Assembly: GCA_965230895.1 (NCBI GenBank)
Contig: OZ246394.1
Location: 185,316 to 249,315, forward strand
Source: an uncultured Gammaproteobacteria bacterium
GTDB taxonomy: Bacteria > Patescibacteriota > Microgenomatia > Levybacterales > UBA12049
Reading direction: 5' to 3'
Length of the DNA: 64,000 nucleotides
Shown here: positions 58,393 through 64,000 of the stretch, piece after piece
Layout: the number at the start of each line of letters is the position of its first letter
Position numbering within the stretch: position 1 is the first letter of the stretch
Made by a program: the position numbers and the translations under genes
The notes under the pieces: generated by a model
Seen by the model: the letters and a program-made list of their open reading frames with translations, nothing else
Told to the model about the DNA's origin: nothing
Database searches by the model: none

Positions 58393-59007
58393 TTACAAAC
58401 CAACAGCGTTAGCTCCATACTCCGCTTGTTCTTGTGTAAACTTTTCAAACTTCAATTGCTCAATTAAACTACCACGCGAAAATGCTGACATATCCATATA
58501 TGATTTAGCTTTTTTAGCTGCTTGCTCATTCCAGTTACCACCAGAGTTATCTGCACCGTATACCGCATCGTCGTGAGAAAATTGTTCATATTCTAGCTGT
58601 GCGACCAGACCATCGTGGGAAAAAGCAGTGTATGCTAGGTAAGACTTAGCTTTTTTAACTGCATTTTTCTGACTTACAGTTTCATTTGAAGCAGGAGCTG
58701 ACTGTTTGGTTTGAGCTTGTGTAGGTGCAGAGGTTGTTTTAACGGGAAGCTCTGTCGTTGCTGCTTGAGCCTGAGTTGGCTGTTGAGTTCCAACTTCATT
58801 ATTTGGTTGAGCCGTTGTAGTTGGTGCGTTTTTAGAACTGTTAAGATTACTTGCGAATAATATAAGAAGAATTGCTGTAATAATCCATTTTGTTGGCTTA
58901 CTCCAAGTAGTAAACTTCCACATCAAAACTAACCCAACAGGGAAAAAGAGAATAAGCAATGCGATAATCCATCCTGTTTTCTTATACCATTTCTTTTTTG
59001 TTTCCAT
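58393..59007 (-). CDS. Ltp-family (host cell-surface-exposed lipoprotein-like) protein with N-terminal TM anchor, two Ltp repeats
   Basis: Two copies of AKSYLxxxAFSxxGLxxQLxxExF(S/T)xxxAxYGA; a T/Q/A-rich linker. Confidence 0.55.
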   Translation of the reverse strand: METKKKWYKKTGWIIALLILFFPVGLVLMWKFTTWSKPTKWIITAILLILFASNLNSSKNAPTTTAQPNNEVGTQQPTQAQAATTELPVKTTSAPTQAQTKQSAPASNETVSQKNAVKKAKSYLAYTAFSHDGLVAQLEYEQFSHDDAVYGADNSGGNWNEQAAKKAKSYMDMSAFSRGSLIEQLKFEKFTQEQAEYGANAVGL

Positions 59008-59061
59008 TAACAGAATTATATGCGGTAAGATCCTAATTATGCAAGAGTTAAGATTTTTAAA

Positions 59062-60255
59062 TTAATTTGCTTTATTTCCTTTAACCTTTGCAAATCTCCG
59101 TTTTCCTGCTCTGAGGAGCTTTTCTTTGTTAAGTTTTACTTTTACGTTTGGATCTTTCAAGAGTTCATCGTCGATTGAAACGCCACCTTGTGCGATCAAT
59201 CGGCGAGCTTCAGATTTGCTTGTTGCCATTCCCGTTACGATAATAAGCTCTGCCAAGGTAATCTCTGCATGATCTAAGGTATGGAGTTTGATGTCCGCTG
59301 GCAATTCATTCCCTTGGACTCTCTTCTCAAAAGCATCTTTGGCTGCAAGTGCATCTTTGCCTGAAGCTAATTCTTCAACGATAGTGAGTGCGAGTTCTTT
59401 CTTGATATGCATTGGATGCTCGCCTTTCTTCAATGCTTTTTCTGCTTCCTTTACAGTTTCCATTGGAGCGTTGGTTGCCAAAGTATAGTATTGGATGATC
59501 AATTCATCTTTGATTGCCATGACTTTGGCATACATATCTTCAGCTGTATCATCAAGCCAAATTGCATTGCCCCAGGATTTACTCATCTTACGACCATCGG
59601 TTCCTTCAAGAAGTACGCTTGTCATCACAAAACTATCTTTTTGGCGAAGATCCTTTTGCAGCGTTCGGCCAGCTTGCATATTAAATGTCTGATCAGTGCC
59701 TCCAAGTTGGATATCAGTGTCGAGGAAGTAACTATCATATCCTTGCATGACTGGATACAAGAATTCGTGGAGTCCGACTCTTTTGTTTTCACTCAATCGT
59801 TTGCGGATCAATTCACGTCCGACAAAATCCCCAACTGCAAAATGTTGTGTAAGCTTCACAATGTCTTCAAATGAAAGTTTCTTGAGCCAATCACTATTGT
59901 GGACGACTTTCACCTTTTTAAAATCGACAACCTTTTCAGCTTGGGATTTGTAGGTTTTGAAATTTGTTTGGATTTCTTCTTTGGTCAGAACAGGACGTTC
60001 AGTGTCTTTATCTGATGTGTCTCCGATCAATGCGGTAAAGTCTCCAATTAAAAAGGTTACGTTGTGTCCGAGTTCTACGAACGATTGGAGCTTTCTCAAA
60101 TTAACAGCATGGCCCAAATGAATCTTTGTGCTGGTCGGATCTATACCGAGGTAAATGTTTAACTTTTTGCCTGACTCAAGTTTCTTTCTGAGTTCAACTT
60201 TGTTGGAAATGATATTTGCGACACCTCGTGTCAGTACTTCTTCAATCTTGTCCAT
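59062..60255 (-). CDS. tyrS: tyrosine--tRNA ligase
   Basis: HLGH-type motif (IHLGHAV), KMSKS, and a C-terminal S4 domain; start taken at MDKIEEV inside ORF 59062..60546. Confidence 0.9.
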   Translation of the reverse strand: MDKIEEVLTRGVANIISNKVELRKKLESGKKLNIYLGIDPTSTKIHLGHAVNLRKLQSFVELGHNVTFLIGDFTALIGDTSDKDTERPVLTKEEIQTNFKTYKSQAEKVVDFKKVKVVHNSDWLKKLSFEDIVKLTQHFAVGDFVGRELIRKRLSENKRVGLHEFLYPVMQGYDSYFLDTDIQLGGTDQTFNMQAGRTLQKDLRQKDSFVMTSVLLEGTDGRKMSKSWGNAIWLDDTAEDMYAKVMAIKDELIIQYYTLATNAPMETVKEAEKALKKGEHPMHIKKELALTIVEELASGKDALAAKDAFEKRVQGNELPADIKLHTLDHAEITLAELIIVTGMATSKSEARRLIAQGGVSIDDELLKDPNVKVKLNKEKLLRAGKRRFAKVKGNKAN

Positions 60256-60343
60256 AGGCTGAGTATAGCAAATAGTCAGAATAGTTTTAAGTGTGTAAAT
60301 TGACAATGACCGTATGAGTTTTGGTATAATAGACTCCACTTCT

Positions 60344-62635
60344 ATGGCTTTTAAGACTTCAAGAAGATTGCGGTCAACGACGAAGAAAGGCTTCTCCTTT
60401 GATGCCCGCAAGATGTTCAATGCTAGCAAATTAATGAAATGGGGATTTTTTGCATTTCTCGCTTTGCTTTTACTTATTCCTGCTTTATTTTTGTGGTACA
60501 GTCGCGATCTCCCAACTCCTGGTAAACTCATCACTTCCAAATACAATGAAGCAACTCGAATTTACGATCGTAAAGGAGTTCTTCTCTATTCCGTCTTTGA
60601 AGATGAAAATCGTACGTATGTTACATTAAATAAGATTCCAAAAGAATTGCAGGAAGCAACAATCGCAACTGAAGATGAAACTTTCTATGAAAATAATGGT
60701 TTCTCTCCGATTGGTTGGATTCGTGCTGCGCGTGATTCACTCATGGAACGACAGATTTCCGGTGGAGGATCGACAATCACCCAACAGCTTGTGAAGAATG
60801 TACTTTTGACCAATGAACAAAGTCTTCCTCGTAAGATTAAAGAATTAATCCTCGCAATCCAGGTTGATCAGCGGTATTCAAAAGACGAAATCCTCGAAAT
60901 GTATCTTAATAACATCCCTTATGGAGGAACTGCTGTCGGTGTAGAAGCAGCATCCGAGCAGTACTTTGGCAAGAAAGCAAAAGATCTGACACTCGCAGAA
61001 TCAGCATTCTTGGCAGGTTTGCCACAGAGTCCAAGTTATTACACACCATTCAATGGAGAACGACATTATCTTGCCCGAACCAAAGATGTACTTCGCCAAA
61101 TGCGTGAGAATGGTTACATAACCAAAGAGGAAGAAAGTAAATCCTACAAAGAGATTGAGAATTATAAATTTGAGCAGGAAGAAATCTCAACAATCAAAGC
61201 GCCTCATTTTGTGATGTACGTCCGAGACGTTTTGGCAAAACAGTTTGGCGAACAGATGGTGACAACAGGTGGACTACAAGTTACAACATCATTGGATTAT
61301 GATATCCAGCAGGATGCCGAAAAGATTGTAAAAGAAGAAATCGATAAACTTGGTAAATACAAAGTAAGTAATGGTGCCGCAGTAGTAACTGATCCAAAGA
61401 CTGGTGAAATCCTCGCAATGGTTGGAAGCAAAGATTACTTCGATAAAGAAAACGATGGTAATTTTAATGTCTCCACTTCTGAAACTCGTCAGCCAGGATC
61501 TTCTTTGAAACCAGTCGTTTATGCAGCGGGTCTTGAAAAGGGATACACAGCAGCAACTATGTTTATGGATGTGAAGACTGATTTCTACAACGGCGCAGGA
61601 CAAGCTCCATATTCTCCAGTGAACTATGATGGGACATATCGTGGACCTGTGCAAATGCGCTTTGCTCTTGGAAACTCACTCAATGTTCCTGCCGTAAAGA
61701 TGCTTGCGATGGTCGGTATGGATCCTGTTATGCAGCTTGGATATGACATGGGTATCAAGAACTGGGAACCAACTGCGCAGAATAAAGCAAACGCAGGGCT
61801 TTCTCTTGTCCTTGGAGGACGGGAAACGTCACTCCTCGATGAAGTCACAGCATATGGAGTTTTCGCTAATAAAGGTGTCCGTCAGGATCCGGTGAGTGTT
61901 TTGAAAGTCACCGATAACAAAGGGGACACCATGTATGAGAAGAAGAAAACTGATGGAGAGAAAGTGCTTTCTGAAGAAGTTGCCTTCATCATCTCTCACA
62001 TGCTTCTTGATAACAATGCTCGATCCGCAGCATTTGGAGCTCGATCCGCTTTAAATATTACAGGAAAGAATGTCAGTGTGAAGACCGGTACTACTGATGA
62101 AAAGCGTGATAACTGGACAATTGGTTACACTCCATCATATGTCGTTGGAGTTTGGGTTGGAAACAATGATAATTCTCCAATGAATCAAGCAATTGCTTCA
62201 GGTATTACCGGTGCAAGTCCAATCTGGAATAAGATCATGACACGTGTCTTGAAGGATAAATCTGATGAGCAACCACAAGTTCCTAGCAATGTTGTTTCTC
62301 TCCAAATTGATGGATTTGCTGGTGGTTTGCCACACGCAGGACAACCAACTAGATCTGAATATTTTGTCAAAGGAACTGAACCAACTTCAGAGTCTCCAGT
62401 CTATAAAGAGAAAGATGGTCAACAATATCTGGTTTTGAAAGAAGATGATCCAGTCTCATCTGATGGCCAAAATCGATGGCAGAATGCGATCAATGCATGG
62501 GTGCAGCAAAACCATAAAGATGATAAATTGTGGAATCCTCCAGCAGAATTATTAGGTGGAAATCAGCCAACTCCAGCAGGAGATGCGACGCCGACTACAG
62601 ATCCAGCATTTACTCCTATACCGACAATGCCTTAA
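60344..62635 (+). CDS. class A penicillin-binding protein (glycosyltransferase GT51 + transpeptidase)
   Basis: N-terminal TM helix, GT51 motifs (EDxxFYxH-like EDETFYEN, GGSTITQQL), and SxxK/SxN/KTG transpeptidase motifs (STSETRQPGSSLK, SLN, KTGTT). Confidence 0.85.
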   Translation: MAFKTSRRLRSTTKKGFSFDARKMFNASKLMKWGFFAFLALLLLIPALFLWYSRDLPTPGKLITSKYNEATRIYDRKGVLLYSVFEDENRTYVTLNKIPKELQEATIATEDETFYENNGFSPIGWIRAARDSLMERQISGGGSTITQQLVKNVLLTNEQSLPRKIKELILAIQVDQRYSKDEILEMYLNNIPYGGTAVGVEAASEQYFGKKAKDLTLAESAFLAGLPQSPSYYTPFNGERHYLARTKDVLRQMRENGYITKEEESKSYKEIENYKFEQEEISTIKAPHFVMYVRDVLAKQFGEQMVTTGGLQVTTSLDYDIQQDAEKIVKEEIDKLGKYKVSNGAAVVTDPKTGEILAMVGSKDYFDKENDGNFNVSTSETRQPGSSLKPVVYAAGLEKGYTAATMFMDVKTDFYNGAGQAPYSPVNYDGTYRGPVQMRFALGNSLNVPAVKMLAMVGMDPVMQLGYDMGIKNWEPTAQNKANAGLSLVLGGRETSLLDEVTAYGVFANKGVRQDPVSVLKVTDNKGDTMYEKKKTDGEKVLSEEVAFIISHMLLDNNARSAAFGARSALNITGKNVSVKTGTTDEKRDNWTIGYTPSYVVGVWVGNNDNSPMNQAIASGITGASPIWNKIMTRVLKDKSDEQPQVPSNVVSLQIDGFAGGLPHAGQPTRSEYFVKGTEPTSESPVYKEKDGQQYLVLKEDDPVSSDGQNRWQNAINAWVQQNHKDDKLWNPPAELLGGNQPTPAGDATPTTDPAFTPIPTMP

Positions 62636-62722
62636 GGTCTTCTATTGATAGATATTATCTATTTTAAAAAGACACAGTTTGTCATATTGTATCTCTAAAC
62701 AAAAAATTTTATTATAAAATCC

Positions 62723-63028
62723 ATGCTAGCGAAAAAAGATATTCTTATATTAAGAACACTTATACGAGAAGAAATAGAATCGCTTCGGACTGATATGACT
62801 ACTGTTAAAACTGATATCACAGCAATTAAATCTGATATTATTGCAATTAAGTCTGAAGTAGTTTCTCATAGTAAGCAACTAAAATTGCATAATACGAGAC
62901 TGAATCGTGTGATAAAAGATGTTTCATGGATAAGTAAAGGATTTGACCAAGAAATAGTTGAGAATCGCCAAAGAATTGAAAAGTTAGAAGAACGTTGTGG
63001 CGTTGGATTTTCTTCACCCAGAGAATGA
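62723..63028 (+). CDS. hypothetical coiled-coil protein
   Basis: Repetitive heptad-like TDITAIKSDIIAIKSEV. Confidence 0.3.
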   Translation: MLAKKDILILRTLIREEIESLRTDMTTVKTDITAIKSDIIAIKSEVVSHSKQLKLHNTRLNRVIKDVSWISKGFDQEIVENRQRIEKLEERCGVGFSSPRE

Positions 63029-63032
63029 CAGT

Positions 63033-63467
63033 TTATTTACTCTTCTGTTCTTCGAGGAATTCAACTGCGCTATCAACAAGTTCTTTCGTTAAAGGAACTG
63101 TCTGCTCAAAGTCAATTTCATCATAGTGAACCCATTTGGCCTCACCTGTATTTCTGTCTCGTGAGACATCAATATCTCCAGAAACATATTTCCCCACGAA
63201 ACCTAAGACAATGATGTGACTATTTGTCAGTGGATCAGAATAATTGAAGGCGAAAGGGTGCTTGGATAAAAGTTCAATCTTTACTCCAGTCTCTTCCCAA
63301 ACTTCACGGACAACGGCATCTCTCGGATCTTCGCCAAATTCGATTCCGCCACCTGGGAATTGCCATAGTTTATTGAATTGATTCCTCGTTTCGTCACGAC
63401 GACCCATGAGGATTCGCCCCTCTCTATCAAAAACTACTGCTAAAACTGGATAATGTGTTCTGGACAT
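63033..63467 (-). CDS. NUDIX hydrolase
   Basis: Nudix box GGGIEFGEDPRDAVVREVWEETG. Confidence 0.7.
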   Translation of the reverse strand: MSRTHYPVLAVVFDREGRILMGRRDETRNQFNKLWQFPGGGIEFGEDPRDAVVREVWEETGVKIELLSKHPFAFNYSDPLTNSHIIVLGFVGKYVSGDIDVSRDRNTGEAKWVHYDEIDFEQTVPLTKELVDSAVEFLEEQKSK

Positions 63468-63468
63468 A

Positions 63469-64000
63469 TTACTTTAATTTGGCTTGGAATTTTGTTTCCA
63501 ATGCTTTCAAAATCTTTTCTCGGATCTCCCCTACTTCTTTATCAGTTAAGTTCTTTTGATAACTTTGGTATACCACATGGAATGTTCGAGTTTCCTTATA
63601 TTTATCCAAAAGTGAAACAGCAACGATTAATGCACTTTGCTTTGCGATATGTTCCATGATATCTCCGGTCAAAACATTTGCTGGTGCGATAATTGCTAAG
63701 TCTTCGACGATCGGAGGATATTTACTCGCTGGTTTGTAGAATCTCTTTTGTTTAACATTTTCCAAAATGATATCCACGTCGAGTTCAAAATCAATTGTTT
63801 TGTCATCAAGTACTTCGATGACTCCAGCATCTTTTTTGTTGATGAATACTGATGCACCATATCGATCATCGCTGAGTTGTTTGAAGACAACATCAGTAAT
63901 GCCGAGATCATCGAGTAATTGTTCGACGATTCCTTTTACTTCATAGAAAGAAACTTTTGACCGATGGATAAGTCCTGCCAATCGAAGAATTTGTTTTGGT
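63469..64000 (-). CDS. pheT: phenylalanine--tRNA ligase beta subunit, C-terminal part (5' end of the gene lies beyond the window)
   Basis: C-terminal FDX-ACB (anticodon-binding, ferredoxin-fold) region; the ORF is open to the window edge. Confidence 0.6.
   Translation of the reverse strand, partial: PKQILRLAGLIHRSKVSFYEVKGIVEQLLDDLGITDVVFKQLSDDRYGASVFINKKDAGVIEVLDDKTIDFELDVDIILENVKQKRFYKPASKYPPIVEDLAIIAPANVLTGDIMEHIAKQSALIVAVSLLDKYKETRTFHVVYQSYQKNLTDKEVGEIREKILKALETKFQAKLK

Noticed and set aside
60256-60546. 97-aa N-terminal extension of the tyrS ORF
   Set aside because: TyrS homology begins at MDKIEEV; the extension would overlap the divergent PBP gene start and has no homology.
62636-62722. 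Possible tRNA, or an ATAGATA-t-TATCTAT terminator after the PBP gene
   Set aside because: No T-loop (GTTCGAATC-like) or cloverleaf could be found. The hairpin has a 1-nt loop and weak stem, so a real terminator is not supportable.

Overview
The window reads as a compact, low-GC (about 40% by eye) bacterial chromosome segment, gene-dense on both strands. The mix of housekeeping genes, a large type IV pilus complement and many small orphan ORFs resembles Patescibacteria/CPR-type genomes; that placement is inference only. Recognisable core genes include pyrF/pyrD, an argG-MGS-like fusion with two flanking amidinotransferase-superfamily genes, folD, a GT2 + UXS-like sugar-modification pair, gyrB-ppa-gyrA, rarA, holB, pilB-pilT-pilC and a second pilus block (pilD, five tandem pilins, a PilX-like gene, pilM, pilN, pilO). 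The same window also carries trmD, rpsP, a KH-domain gene, rnc, nusB, rpmF, recG, tyrS, a class A penicillin-binding protein and the 3' end of pheT. No rRNA, tRNA or CRISPR array was found. Items beyond routine annotation are: (1) an AT-rich ~2.3 kb RloC/PrrC-like ABC ATPase with a coiled coil and a CxxC 'zinc hook', inserted in reverse orientation into the conserved rpsP-KH-trmD operon. (2) An AT-rich deoxynucleotide-centred island (~32.6-38.5 kb): HAD 5'-deoxynucleotidase-like, NUDIX, HD, dTMP-kinase-like, DUF1846-like, a nucleoside 2-deoxyribosyltransferase (Rcl)-like::ribbon-helix-helix fusion, a pair of small paralogous ORFs, and a degenerate-P-loop ATPase::OmpR-type wHTH protein. (3) A ~150-nt element present twice (48.93-49.08 kb and 57.98-58.13 kb) whose hairpins are preserved by compensatory base changes, making it a candidate structured RNA. 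(4) Arrays of 7-bp GAGTTGA-type repeats upstream of pilin genes and rpsP, and an ATCCTGAA-N5-TTCAGGAT hairpin family. (5) A GIY-YIG gene bracketed by 23-bp inverted repeats. Coordinates derived by hand-counting may be off by 1-2 nt.
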